Origin: Myxococcota bacterium
GTDB lineage: Bacteria > Myxococcota_A > SURF-8 > G963677705
DNA: 64,000 nt
NCBI GenBank assembly: GCA_963677705.1
Contig: OY782497.1
Coordinates: forward strand, 1,900,774 to 1,964,773
Reading direction: 5' to 3'
The notes under the pieces were generated by a model. The model saw only the letters and a list, made by a program, of their open reading frames with translations. It did not search any database and was not told the origin of the DNA. This document shows positions 49,605 through 59,877 of this stretch, one piece after another (position 1 is the stretch's first letter; every line of letters starts with the position of its first letter). The position numbers and the translations under genes were made by a program.

Positions 49605-52600
49605 CTACTGGCAACGCCCCCAGGTCAGATCACAGCTTGTATCCGACGGCTCGCAGCCGCGCAGGGTACTCAGATCATCTCCCATGTCACAACCAACGGT
49701 GCAGAACCCTCCTTCACAATGGGCTCCCTTCGTGATCTGGGCTTCCGTCTCAACAAAGCAATCGCTATCATTGACACAGGTGGGATAGGCATGGGGCAGA
49801 CTGCTATCGCCGCAGATACCGCGATCCTCATCGCAGGTATCTCCATTGGTACAATCCGCGTTGCTGAAGCAATCCACACGGCAGATTCCGGTCTGGTAGC
49901 CGTCTTCCACATCCCCATCGGCTTCCCCGACAAGCACGCAATAGCTACCACGCGGGCAATCCTGATGCACGGCCCCGGATTCACCTCCGCTACAGCGGGA
50001 GCGACACTCATCCGCCGGATTGGGCAGATCGCTCGCATCGCACTTTCCACGCTCCAAAGAGCAGCTCAGACAGGGACCGCAACCACGCGGCCCTTCCATC
50101 TGGACACCATGATCACAGCTTGTCTGGCAGGTTCCACCGTCACACCAACTTAGGAAGGGGCAATCCTCATCCGTGGCACAGGAGGGGAATTGATCCGGGT
50201 AGCTTCCCGTTCCACAGACACCACGATCGGTGTTACAGCTTTGCCCATCCGAACACTCGGAGTCTTCAAAACATTCAATCAGACAGCTTCCCGTCTCCGC
50301 ATCGCAATAACTGCCTCTAGCGCAGTCCGTATGGTCGGCACAAGGAGGTCGGTAATAGATGCAGCGACCATAGTCATTGCAGTATTCGTTGTTGCCGCAA
50401 TCACTGTTGTTGTCACAGTCTTTGCTACAGAAAGAGGGGCAATGGTTGCCTTCCGGACATTCCTGAGTACGGCAATAGCCGATAATCACGTCCACACCCT
50501 CTTGCGTAACCTTGCAGTCATCATCTACCTGACACCCTGTCTCGCAGCGATCCCCGACACAGACCATCGTGGGATTAATGGCCTTACAGTCGGCGTCCGG
50601 GTCAGCCTGGTCTGTATCACACAGAGCGAGGAACTTACATTCGCGGGTTTCGATTTCACAGTAGTGATTATCCGGGCAGTCTTCGTTGGTCGCACATTCG
50701 GCACAACGCCCCGCTGCACAGACCGATTCTCCCGAACAGGTTCCACCAAAGCTTCCGTATTCGGTACAATCATAGGTGCATTTTGCGGCGTCAAGGTCAC
50801 AGTAGGTGATAATACCACCGCCCAAGGGATAATCATGCTCGGCAGGCGGCGGATTCAAAGGCAGAACCGGTTGGCAATACGTCGCCGCATCACAATCATG
50901 GGTCTGCTGACAGATTCCATTGTAATCACAGAGCGAACCGCTGGGGCAGTCGGCATTGGTCTGACACTCGAAGGTACAGATACGCCCACCTTCCGCCAGT
51001 TCCTGGCAGTATTCATGAGTGGAACAACTTGGATCCTGACCATGACTGCAGGCGCATTCCCAATCCGCTTCACACTCGTTAGGCACGCAACGCCCTTCAA
51101 GTGTACACATCTCACCTTCCAGGCAATTGTCCAATACATTTTCGGCATTGCACTCGGACTGGCAGAGATTGAAGCCGGTTTCATCATCCATCGCGCAGTG
51201 ATAGTAAGACCCCATATCCTCAGCGCATTCGTTGTCATCCACACAGGTAAACACCGGATTGCAACGTCCAAGGGATTCGTCACAAACAAAGACCAGAGAA
51301 TCATCCGGGTTATCATCTTCACAGGGCGTCTCGGCATTGCAATCCTGAACGCAAAGCGTGGTTTGCAGGTCACAGTGGTAACCGGCGTCGCATTCCTCAT
51401 CGGTTTCATTGGGACAGGTATCGGCTTCCTCACAGATACCGATCTCATTGCAACGCTCGGTTTCCGCATCGCACCCGCTGGCATTGCCATAACAATCGAA
51501 GACGCATTGCCCATACTGGGCTTCGGTGCAGGTGGTTCCGTAGGTCAAGCCCTCACGGCAGCAGTACATATGACCTTGGCCGGCGCAATCTTCATCCGTC
51601 TGGCAACCGTCTTCCACACAGACCTGCTCTTCCATTGCACACTGGCTCTGTCCCGGCGGGCAGCCGCAGAACTGACCCTCCGGGCAGTCGCCGAAGTCGG
51701 AGCAGATGCCGCATTTTCCATTAAGCAGACACTGCTCTCCATCGGGACAGGAGGTCGGCTCGTCAGGATCGCAATCCTGAGTGCAGAAGCCGTAATCAGG
51801 ATGGCTTTCCTCATCCGGACAATAATGATACACGGGGCATTCACTCGTGCTTTCGCAGGGAACAGGATCATCCCCGGCTTCGGGATTGTAGGCACAGACA
51901 TGGCCATTGCAGACATACATACCTTCGCAGACATCCACGGTGGGACAACCGGGTACACACTCAAAGGTCGGGTTATCCCCTTCCATATCGCACTTGAACC
52001 CGACATTACACATCTCGTGTTCCACACAGCCGAGTTCCTCGGTTACACATTCACCATAGACGCAGTCCTGACCTTCAAAACAATCGTCCTCGTCCTCGCA
52101 GTCCATCACACAGATAAGAAGCTGAGGATCACAGTATTTCCCTTGAGGATGACAGAGCGAGGCTTCCGTCTGTTCCGTACAGGTGGTGACATCACCGTCG
52201 GGAACATCTCCTTCTTCACATTGGCCACGACTGTTGCAGAAGTAACCTTCCGAACAGCACGTATCGCCACTGCAGACGGTGTCGTTCAGGCAATCGTAGG
52301 CGCAACTGTTGTTGCCGCAATACTGCCCTTGAGGGCAATCCGTATCTTTGTTGCAACAAGGCGGAGAACTCTGACCGATACACATATCAAGCTGGCAGCG
52401 GCCACGGTCATCACAAAAGGCCATTGATGCGCAATTCAACTCCGGCGGGTTGCAGTCATAACCGCAGGTGGTGTTTTTGCAATACAGACCCATCTGGCAC
52501 TCATCATCCAGAGAACAAGCCTCCCCAAAGGGCAGTCCGTCCTGCTCTTCTTCCTCTTCAATATCGCCATCTTCCTGGCTCAACACGCAACGACCGTGAT

Positions 52601-53768
52601 CGTCGCAGACGGAACCTTCATCACAAAGAACATTTCCGCAAGCGGCGCCACACTGACAACGGCATTCATTGGGATCGGTGATGATCCAGCAATAGCGGCC
52701 AGGGCCGCAGTCATCATCGAACACACAAGGCGTATCGGCATTGTCTTCATCTTCATCACCGTCGATGTCGCCGTCCGTGTCATCCTCTTCATCCACATCA
52801 AGATCACCATCAGAGTCATCTTCTGGATCACTATCTTCATCCACATCCACATCCCCATCCGAGGGAAGCGAACAGGCCACATCGGGATCTCCGGAATAAC
52901 CCGGATCACAGAAGCAATCACCGCCTTCACAATGCGCATGAGTACCACACACCACATTCAGGCAAGCCGGATCGTCTTCCTGGTCCACCTCTTCATCTCC
53001 ATCCGTGGCGACATCACAGGGCGCATAGTCTTTGCTGAAGCGATAAACATTGTCGCCACAAGTCAACACCAATAGTTCCTGCGCCTCACGATAACTCAAC
53101 AGGCAGGCTCCGTTGGCGATGGAGACTTCTCCGTTTTCATCGCAGGTAAACTCACCGCCGAAGGCTTCTTCACCCAAACCATTCAACATGGAAATACTGA
53201 CGTTGCAGCCACTCTGGGAACCGGGACCGAAACGAACAGAGCGATACCCCGCCGAACCGGCGTCATCGGGATGAATACAATAGGTCGCTTGCGGGGGCGC
53301 CGGGCAGGTACAGGGATTTTCTGCATCCGTGTCGCCATCGGTTGCATCCTGGGTACAGGCAGCATTCGGATCACCGGAGAAACCATCATCACAGACACAT
53401 GTCCCGTTTTCGCAATGGGCGTTGGTTCCGCAGATCGTATCCCCGCAGACATCATCGTCGTCGTCCGTCGATCCGTCACCATCGGTCTGGTTATCATCAT
53501 CGTCGTCGGTTACATCGGCATCGGTGACATCATCATCGTCGTCGTCATCATCGCTACCACGGGTACATGTGCCATCCGGCTGGAGGGTGTAAAAAGGCTC
53601 ACAGACACAATTTCCACTGGCATCGTACACCTTGTGTTCACCACATGATTTTACATCACCGTCCCCACCAGAAATACCCCCATCATCACTACAGGCCGAA
53701 GCCATCAGCAGGGTTCCCAAGACGAGGACGCCAAGGGCCAGTCGTTGCATGTTCAGATAAGTCTTCAT
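49605..53768 (-). CDS. Acidic cysteine-rich repeat lipoprotein (EGF-like modules, poly-Asp tracts), ~1,388 aa
   Basis: Start at MKTYLNMQRLALGVLVLGTLLMASAC (lipobox M-A-S-A-C, GGGAG RBS), then SDDGG... The rest is >1,300 aa of Cys-dense modules such as CVCDDGFSGDPNAAC and CFCDPGYSGDPDVAC (EGF-like signature C-x-C-x2-G-[FY]-x-G...C), many C..G.YC..G.C units, and DDDDDDDDVTDADVTDDDDD / DGDLDVDEEDDTDGDIDGDEDED tracts. Confidence 0.7.
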   Translation of the reverse strand: MKTYLNMQRLALGVLVLGTLLMASACSDDGGISGGDGDVKSCGEHKVYDASGNCVCEPFYTLQPDGTCTRGSDDDDDDDDVTDADVTDDDDDNQTDGDGSTDDDDDVCGDTICGTNAHCENGTCVCDDGFSGDPNAACTQDATDGDTDAENPCTCPAPPQATYCIHPDDAGSAGYRSVRFGPGSQSGCNVSISMLNGLGEEAFGGEFTCDENGEVSIANGACLLSYREAQELLVLTCGDNVYRFSKDYAPCDVATDGDEEVDQEDDPACLNVVCGTHAHCEGGDCFCDPGYSGDPDVACSLPSDGDVDVDEDSDPEDDSDGDLDVDEEDDTDGDIDGDEDEDNADTPCVFDDDCGPGRYCWIITDPNECRCQCGAACGNVLCDEGSVCDDHGRCVLSQEDGDIEEEEEQDGLPFGEACSLDDECQMGLYCKNTTCGYDCNPPELNCASMAFCDDRGRCQLDMCIGQSSPPCCNKDTDCPQGQYCGNNSCAYDCLNDTVCSGDTCCSEGYFCNSRGQCEEGDVPDGDVTTCTEQTEASLCHPQGKYCDPQLLICVMDCEDEDDCFEGQDCVYGECVTEELGCVEHEMCNVGFKCDMEGDNPTFECVPGCPTVDVCEGMYVCNGHVCAYNPEAGDDPVPCESTSECPVYHYCPDEESHPDYGFCTQDCDPDEPTSCPDGEQCLLNGKCGICSDFGDCPEGQFCGCPPGQSQCAMEEQVCVEDGCQTDEDCAGQGHMYCCREGLTYGTTCTEAQYGQCVFDCYGNASGCDAETERCNEIGICEEADTCPNETDEECDAGYHCDLQTTLCVQDCNAETPCEDDNPDDSLVFVCDESLGRCNPVFTCVDDNECAEDMGSYYHCAMDDETGFNLCQSECNAENVLDNCLEGEMCTLEGRCVPNECEADWECACSHGQDPSCSTHEYCQELAEGGRICTFECQTNADCPSGSLCDYNGICQQTHDCDAATYCQPVLPLNPPPAEHDYPLGGGIITYCDLDAAKCTYDCTEYGSFGGTCSGESVCAAGRCAECATNEDCPDNHYCEIETRECKFLALCDTDQADPDADCKAINPTMVCVGDRCETGCQVDDDCKVTQEGVDVIIGYCRTQECPEGNHCPSFCSKDCDNNSDCGNNEYCNDYGRCIYYRPPCADHTDCARGSYCDAETGSCLIECFEDSECSDGQSCNTDRGVCGTGSYPDQFPSCATDEDCPFLSWCDGGTCQTSCDHGVQMEGPRGCGPCLSCSLERGKCDASDLPNPADECRSRCSGGESGAVHQDCPRGSYCVLVGEADGDVEDGYQTGICRVDCFSNADCTNGDTCDEDRGICGDSSLPHAYPTCVNDSDCFVETEAQITKGAHCEGGFCTVGCDMGDDLSTLRGCEPSDTSCDLTWGRCQ

Positions 53769-53827
53769 GATCCGGCTCCCGCCTGAAAAGTTGGTTCCAC
53801 AGGGTTTGTGATGGAACATCATCGTCT

Positions 53828-54259
53828 CTACTTCCTATGCAACTTGGGTTTGTTGGCTCGCACCGCTTCTTCCCGGACCTGATACTGCTGATCCAGAGTG
53901 AGAACAGTAATCGTCTCGGCAATCACACCCTTTTCCGGGATGTGCTTGACCTTCACTTCAACCGGTTTGCCCTTCAACAAGGCCGCCGTGGTCATGGTGA
54001 TGGCCAGCTTGGACGAGGCCTGGTTGACAAACTGAGTGGCTTCATCCACAAAAATCAACAAGGGGTATTTGTTCACTTTGAAATACACCTTACCGAATTT
54101 GTTCTCGGTACTGACCTTGGTTACTTCACCCCGAAAGGTCAGCTCTTCCACCACCTTGTCCTGAGTATCTTCCTTGTCCCCTGCCAGAGCGAAGCCCGGC
54201 ACGAGCCCACAGAGAAAAACCAGAACCAAACCGATTGCCACACGTTGATAGGTCATCAC
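53828..54259 (-). CDS. Small secreted protein of unknown function (143 aa)
   Basis: MMTYQRVAIGLVLVFLCGLVPGFALA|GDKED is a signal peptide with an AxA cleavage site. The product is Lys-rich. It lies 6 nt downstream of pilY1 and 5 nt upstream of the Cys-rich ORF. Confidence 0.55.
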   Translation of the reverse strand: MMTYQRVAIGLVLVFLCGLVPGFALAGDKEDTQDKVVEELTFRGEVTKVSTENKFGKVYFKVNKYPLLIFVDEATQFVNQASSKLAITMTTAALLKGKPVEVKVKHIPEKGVIAETITVLTLDQQYQVREEAVRANKPKLHRK

Positions 54260-54265
54260 ACTCCC

Positions 54266-57200
54266 CTATTTCACGCGATAAAACGACGTTTGAGCCCCAC
54301 TGATCGTCGGCGTTCCCGCCACCTCAATCAGAATCGGACTGACATCGGAGGCGGCCTTGACCATCGCCCCCATTTGCGTCACAACCACCTTAGACAACAC
54401 CGCACCGGTAATCTGTTGACCAGCGTATCCGGTGAAAACCGCAGTTGCATCATTGGAAAGATCCCGGTCATGATTGACATCCTGGACCACAAAGGACGGG
54501 TTGGTTCCCGTCTCGGCGCGGACGGTCATGAAAAAGCCACCGCCCTCTTTGTCTACGTTACGCAGATCACAGGTACCCTTCATGTTCGGGGTAAACGTTG
54601 TAAAGAAGTAGATCCATTCTTCCTTGGTCGAGCAACCCGTGGGATCACCCGCCCGGCAATTCTGCTGCATCACCACGCCATCGGTAATCACGCGCTCACC
54701 TTCCAGGCCGGCATTGCTATCCAGTTCGATATGCCAACCTTTGGCAATTTTGGTCGAATCGGAGGTACTGATCGTGCGCCACAGGTTGCCCGTTGTACCC
54801 AGACTATCCGAAACAGAGTTGCTGCGCAGATCGCCTTCGGTGACCATCACACCATCATCACGGTCCACGATACCGAAAACCTGCTGGTGATAAACCGCAC
54901 TGGTAGTATCCGAAGGATCTTCCAGGTGCTTGTCGAAGCTGTCGTAGAAGCTGTCATATTTTCCGGTACCGAAAAATACCATCAAACGGTTGTTGTTGGA
55001 CGAAGAGCCCAGAATATCATCCGTAGGAGTTTCGTCCGTGCGCCAGATTTCCGGCATCACGGTAATGGAACGGGGGTATTTCAGGAATTCATAATCCTGA
55101 TCGGTCGTTCCCACACGATCGTTTTCCACCTTCTGAGTGAAGTCACCGAGGGTTTTCCCACCCATACGGTAGGTGGCAAACAACACCTCACCGCTGACGG
55201 TGGCCATTCCTGCAGCACTCCCGATACTGAAACGGAGCAGGTGTCCTGCCAGGTCGCCGACATAAACGACATCTTCATAGCCGTCGTAATCCTGATCGCC
55301 AACGATAGGGTTGGACAAGACATTGTTGGTCGGCGTCGGGTTGGCATCAATGCCGGAAATATCCGCACTGGTAATGGCCAGTTTTTCAACCAGATCCGCT
55401 TTGTAGTCACCTCCGACACCGTTGAACAAATCCACAGCATAGAAGTAGCCCACTTTTCCAGCCTGCACGGCACTGCTTGAGGCATAACCGGAGCCGAAGA
55501 AAACCAGCCAACTTTCCGGAGGAGGATCTCCCGCACCCAACCTCACACGCCCCGTTGTGGGAACCGAGTAGGTCAGACCAAGATCATCATCGCTGTACCA
55601 CCACATGTATTCTGGGTTCAAATGACCGGAGGGAGCCTGAATTTCAAAGGCATAGTAGGTGTTTCCACCGCCACGGGAACCAACAAGCAACACGGTGGTC
55701 CATTCCGAGGCACCATCATTCCATACATCATGAACCACCGGAGTAAGGTTCATCATCGGTTGACGAAGTTGGGTGTAGAAGGGGCGGGCCAATTCCTTGA
55801 CCTTGGGAAGCACATCCCAGGGGACAAAGGCCCACAGTTCTTGTCCGTTGGTGGCATCGAAACAGTGCAACATACCATCGTTGGCGGAAACCAACAGCAC
55901 CGGATGGCGTTGCTGGAAATCATCGGAGTTGGTGTATTCGGAATACTTCTCCGGCCCCGCGCTGTCTTTCCATCCATTGGCCGGAGCACCACCGACATAC
56001 ACAGGCTCGGCATGGGTCGTATCCCCAAGCAACCACTCCTGATTATCATCGGCGTCGTAGCGGGAACGCATCATGTCCGTCGCAACGAGATTGACCGAGT
56101 AATCTTCATTGGTATCCATCACGACTTTGCGTGAGGGGCTTCCGCCCGTGTTATCGGTATTGTTCTTTTCGCCAAGGAACCATTCTAAAAGTAATTGTGC
56201 TTCTTCTTCGGTATCCACGCCAAGCTGATCTTTCAAAGACGCAGCAGCCGCAGCATTAATCGCCGTCTTGCCTCCGTTGGAAGCCGCCGGACTGTCAGGG
56301 ATTACGGTAAACACGGTACGACTTCCGGAACTGACCAACTCCGGCTCATCTTCGGTGTACCAGTCTTCGGTGCCATCATCCGCAGAGGTGCTGGAACTCC
56401 GGGAAATACACATCCCCAACACACAGACATCGCTTCCACTACAAGAGGAATCCACGCTGGAACAGGCGTTAATGAAGCAATACTTGGTACAGTCGGTGTC
56501 CGACGGACTGCAATCCGGGTGATACTGACAGGAGTCGCCTTGATCGCTGTGCGGGCATTCTTCGGTCTTTTCACACGTGATGGGAAGTCTGGCGGCATGG
56601 ACTTTCCCGCGCCAGTCGCGAGGGTCAAACATGATGTCGAAGATCATCGGCTCGTTGTCTTTCAACGTACCGCCACCAGAGGTTGTGGTGAACGAATCGT
56701 CATCACTGGATACAACAAACAGGGAGCGCGTCGTTCCGTAAGTGGATTCGCGGATCGGGTCGTTGAAGGTCCACCGCATGGGAATGTAAATCGGTTCCTG
56801 ACCTATGGTCAGGTCTGTCCATTGCAACGCAACCGCGTTATCCACCAACTCTTCCAACGGAGCAGGTACGGTGAGATTCAAAGGATTCGTCAGATCCACA
56901 GCGGGGAAGTCATCTTTTTTGAAGCGATAGAACAGCATCGCCCACCAATCTTCCCACAGCGTGGCCGGTTTCTGCAAACCGATGAACCCTTGGAAGAAGC
57001 TGGTTCCACCGGTACCGCCGATCAAGTGGGTCACATCACAGATATAGCCATACCCAAAATCATTTCCGGCGGTATAGGTATCCACGACGAAATTGAAGTC
57101 CACCTGATTGTAGGTTCCACGGAAGGTACTGATCTCCCAGACGACATCGAAATACGGCGTATCATCCGGTTTGTAGACATACTGAACGATGGTGATCTGA

Positions 57201-57796
57201 TCATCTTCCCCCCTCGCCGCGCCTTCCAAGTCAATGCTGAATTGGGTGCGGATGGGATCCCCGGAACTCTGGGAGACATAATCCATCGACTCCACGGCGG
57301 ATTCGGGGAAAATGGTCAAAGGTTCGCTGGAGGGGTCCGGAGCCGAGCCGCTAGTCAGAGCCGGTCCGGCATACTGGGTAGACCATTGGCAGGTGCCGCC
57401 GGTGGCCGCGCATACACTGGGGATCTTCAGACCGATCACCGTGTTGGAGAAACCGGGAATGGCCCGCCCTGTCCGCGAGGTCAAGGAATAAACCTGCTGC
57501 TTGCGCTCGCAGAGGTAGTTACCGGAGCTATCCAGCAGGCCGGGGTCGAACAAAGGCTGGATCGTACCGGCCATTTTCAACTGCTTATCCGCCAGACGCA
57601 GGGAACTGACACCAACCTCACCGCTGGAGTCGTTGGTATTCACCGGCGGGTTGGTGGTGTAGCTACCGGAGCAGATCCCCGTTCCGAGGCCTTCCAGAAC
57701 ATGATATTTGGTTCGATCCAAGGGCTCATCCGCCGCATACACGACCTGGCAGCCAAGCAAGAGAACCAACCAAAGGATAAATCCTGTATGCTTCAT
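54266..57796 (-). CDS. pilY1: Type IV pilus tip-associated adhesin PilY1 (C-terminal beta-propeller)
   Basis: 1,176 aa with a signal peptide. The hallmark PilY1/PilC motif is ...LLVSANDGMLHCFDATNGQELWAFVPWDVLPK... Propeller-type YYAFEI... repeats follow. An EF-hand-like D-x-D-x-D-G-x-x-D loop (GDQDYDGYED) is present, as in the Pseudomonas PilY1 Ca site. It lies directly after pilX. Confidence 0.8.
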   Translation of the reverse strand: MKHTGFILWLVLLLGCQVVYAADEPLDRTKYHVLEGLGTGICSGSYTTNPPVNTNDSSGEVGVSSLRLADKQLKMAGTIQPLFDPGLLDSSGNYLCERKQQVYSLTSRTGRAIPGFSNTVIGLKIPSVCAATGGTCQWSTQYAGPALTSGSAPDPSSEPLTIFPESAVESMDYVSQSSGDPIRTQFSIDLEGAARGEDDQITIVQYVYKPDDTPYFDVVWEISTFRGTYNQVDFNFVVDTYTAGNDFGYGYICDVTHLIGGTGGTSFFQGFIGLQKPATLWEDWWAMLFYRFKKDDFPAVDLTNPLNLTVPAPLEELVDNAVALQWTDLTIGQEPIYIPMRWTFNDPIRESTYGTTRSLFVVSSDDDSFTTTSGGGTLKDNEPMIFDIMFDPRDWRGKVHAARLPITCEKTEECPHSDQGDSCQYHPDCSPSDTDCTKYCFINACSSVDSSCSGSDVCVLGMCISRSSSTSADDGTEDWYTEDEPELVSSGSRTVFTVIPDSPAASNGGKTAINAAAAASLKDQLGVDTEEEAQLLLEWFLGEKNNTDNTGGSPSRKVVMDTNEDYSVNLVATDMMRSRYDADDNQEWLLGDTTHAEPVYVGGAPANGWKDSAGPEKYSEYTNSDDFQQRHPVLLVSANDGMLHCFDATNGQELWAFVPWDVLPKVKELARPFYTQLRQPMMNLTPVVHDVWNDGASEWTTVLLVGSRGGGNTYYAFEIQAPSGHLNPEYMWWYSDDDLGLTYSVPTTGRVRLGAGDPPPESWLVFFGSGYASSSAVQAGKVGYFYAVDLFNGVGGDYKADLVEKLAITSADISGIDANPTPTNNVLSNPIVGDQDYDGYEDVVYVGDLAGHLLRFSIGSAAGMATVSGEVLFATYRMGGKTLGDFTQKVENDRVGTTDQDYEFLKYPRSITVMPEIWRTDETPTDDILGSSSNNNRLMVFFGTGKYDSFYDSFDKHLEDPSDTTSAVYHQQVFGIVDRDDGVMVTEGDLRSNSVSDSLGTTGNLWRTISTSDSTKIAKGWHIELDSNAGLEGERVITDGVVMQQNCRAGDPTGCSTKEEWIYFFTTFTPNMKGTCDLRNVDKEGGGFFMTVRAETGTNPSFVVQDVNHDRDLSNDATAVFTGYAGQQITGAVLSKVVVTQMGAMVKAASDVSPILIEVAGTPTISGAQTSFYRVK

Positions 57797-57813
57797 GATC
57801 TCCTCGCTCCCAC

Positions 57814-58323
57814 CTAGTCCGAAATCCGCGTCAATTGCTCAACCGTCTGCACCCACTTGACCACAGGTCCTGGCGTGCCATCAGACTGCAAAGGCCGATA
57901 CATGGAATCAATCTTGTACACAAAAATCCGCTTACGCTTCTGGGCGCGTTGCCCGGAGCCTCGGTTGTCGGTTACGGTATTGTCCACACGGGCGTCAATA
58001 GTATCAATACAATACATCGTATTCTGGTCACCGGGTGGGTAGTAATGCGTCGTCGCCGCATCCTGGCAATTGTAGCCCTCAAGGTTGGGGTTCGTAGACC
58101 CTGCAACGATGGTACGCGCCATTTCCGCCCCCGCTTCCGCCAAGGCCAAGCCGCGCACGCTATCCCGAAAAGCCATCGCGATACGCTGCTCCTGCACCGA
58201 GGTATTCATCGCCGCAACTCCCAGGAGCGAGAGCATAATCATCAACACCATCGACATAATCAGAGCCGCCCCACGGTTGGTAGCATAAAACCACAAGGAG
58301 GATCGCTTTGTATTGGACGCCAT
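57814..58323 (-). CDS. pilX: Type IV pilus minor pilin PilX
   Basis: ...NRGAALIMSMVLMIMLSLLGVAAMNTSVQEQRIAMAFRDS...LALAEAGAE matches the PilX N-terminal domain pattern (QRGAALIVALxLLxVLTLLGxAAM...E). 169 aa. Confidence 0.65.
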   Translation of the reverse strand: MASNTKRSSLWFYATNRGAALIMSMVLMIMLSLLGVAAMNTSVQEQRIAMAFRDSVRGLALAEAGAEMARTIVAGSTNPNLEGYNCQDAATTHYYPPGDQNTMYCIDTIDARVDNTVTDNRGSGQRAQKRKRIFVYKIDSMYRPLQSDGTPGPVVKWVQTVEQLTRISD

Positions 58324-58334
58324 ATCCTTCTCCC

Positions 58335-59387
58335 TTAGGGAACCAGGTTATTCAAAGACGCATTGGGCAAACTCACAATGGTGGACATCTGCGTGTAATG
58401 AAACTTTTCACTCCCCGTCACGTCCACGACATTGCCGCCTAAATAGAACTTCAACTTGACATCGTCTCCCGCTTCAATGGAGGCATCTTCATACTTACTA
58501 CGCACGAGCAGTTCAATTTTCACCCCCAGGACCAGTTGGCGATTGGCCTGAGAGGAGGGATCATACGCCGGATCAAACACCGCCCCGGCAGAATTCACAA
58601 TATAGGAATACTGAATATCCTGCACATCCTCAACCACTACAAAGTCCGTTTCCGGGTTGGCCGGGCTGGGGATGGTGTTTTCCAGGCTACCATCACAGGC
58701 ATCCGTTGGCACATCACGAACACAGCGGAACAAACGGGTTCCAATCGCTTGGTAGGTGATCCACACCGGCTGCTGGACGATCATCGTTCCCGGCCAAAGC
58801 GTGGACTCCGTAACATTGGAAAAGCTATTAAGCATCAACTGACTTTCAGGGGTCAGCACGGAACCAAGATCCCCCACAATAGCTTGGGCGACACGGGTAC
58901 GATTAATGTCCAAAAGATCCACGGCCATGCCCTGTTGAAAATAATCCTGTCCATCACCAAGAATTGCAGGAATCTCATGAACATCCACCATAAGCCCCGT
59001 TGCCCCATTACTGACAGACAGCTCCTGAGTCGTCACACTGACCGCACCCATGCCGGAACGAAACTGAATCACATCCGGCGACCCACTGTTGTTCAGACAA
59101 TTCGGACCCAAGGCCATTTCAAGCTCCGGGTTGCTGGCACCATTGACTTCGGAACGATTCTGCCCACCCAGGCCCGCCATCTGCAATTCACCGGCAATAA
59201 TATCCAAAGCGGCACGAACCGACTGCTGAGCCTGGCTCATCCGCCCACTGGTCTGATAGGCCTGGTGGCTAGATGCAAAAATCGTGACCGCCGCACCAAT
59301 CACGATGGTGGACAGCAAACCCGACACCAGTAACTCAACCAAGGTAAACCCGGAACGATGCATTCGACCCTCCATCAACACACTCAT
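58335..59387 (-). CDS. pilW: Type IV pilus minor pilin PilW
   Basis: ...MHRSGFTLVELLVSGLLSTIVIGAAVTIFASSHQAYQ...LQMAG is a prepilin leader plus G|FTLVE methylation motif, with PilW-like length. Its ATG overlaps the pilV stop (ATGA). Confidence 0.7.
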   Translation of the reverse strand: MSVLMEGRMHRSGFTLVELLVSGLLSTIVIGAAVTIFASSHQAYQTSGRMSQAQQSVRAALDIIAGELQMAGLGGQNRSEVNGASNPELEMALGPNCLNNSGSPDVIQFRSGMGAVSVTTQELSVSNGATGLMVDVHEIPAILGDGQDYFQQGMAVDLLDINRTRVAQAIVGDLGSVLTPESQLMLNSFSNVTESTLWPGTMIVQQPVWITYQAIGTRLFRCVRDVPTDACDGSLENTIPSPANPETDFVVVEDVQDIQYSYIVNSAGAVFDPAYDPSSQANRQLVLGVKIELLVRSKYEDASIEAGDDVKLKFYLGGNVVDVTGSEKFHYTQMSTIVSLPNASLNNLVP

Positions 59388-59866
59388 GGCCTGACCTGCA
59401 TGATAATGGGCACACGACCGGACGTAATCACCGGACGATCTGACCCCGCATCACTCGTATCTTCCCAACTGACCTGAACCTCTACAAAACGATAGGCTCC
59501 CGGCAGGTTGGGATCGACACCAATAGGACTGGTGATAATGGTACGCACGCTGTACTTGACCTGCTCAACGACATCCCCAGGGAGAGCCCCAGATTGATAA
59601 TCCATCGCATTCACATCCACCGTAGTATCGGAGTCTGCCAGACGAGGATCTGTCGTCATCGTTCCTGCCGCCATCTGGTAGAAATAGGGATAGCTTTTCA
59701 ATTCATTCAGCCGGGCGTTCATCAAGTTGGCACCGATACTGATATCCGCACCCAACACGTTTCCCTTGATTGCACTGACCTGCATCCCCGCCAAAGCAAA
59801 CATGCCGATGGAAACCAGCAGCACACTCATCAAAATTTCAACAATGGTAAAGCCTCGATACATCAT
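59384..59866 (-). CDS. pilV: Type IV pilus minor pilin PilV
   Basis: MMYRG|FTIVEILMSVLLVSIGMFALAGMQ is a class III signal peptide with a PilV-like N-terminal helix. 160 aa. Confidence 0.7.
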   Translation of the reverse strand: MMYRGFTIVEILMSVLLVSIGMFALAGMQVSAIKGNVLGADISIGANLMNARLNELKSYPYFYQMAAGTMTTDPRLADSDTTVDVNAMDYQSGALPGDVVEQVKYSVRTIITSPIGVDPNLPGAYRFVEVQVSWEDTSDAGSDRPVITSGRVPIIMQVRP

Positions 59867-59877
59867 CCAAGCCCTCC

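Noticed and set aside
49375-49614. ORF-track N-terminal extension of the giant gene (start at 49614)
   Set aside because: It would overlap the upstream Cys-rich gene by 10 nt and add 80 residues before the signal peptide. The ATG at 49372-49374 has a GGGGAG RBS and places the hydrophobic h-region ~25 residues from the start.
50190-57817. Plus-strand ORFs opposite the Cys-rich gene (50190-52427) and opposite pilY1 (53837-55480, 56195-57817)
   Set aside because: Antisense shadow ORFs. The sense frames have signal peptides and family-specific motifs. These do not.
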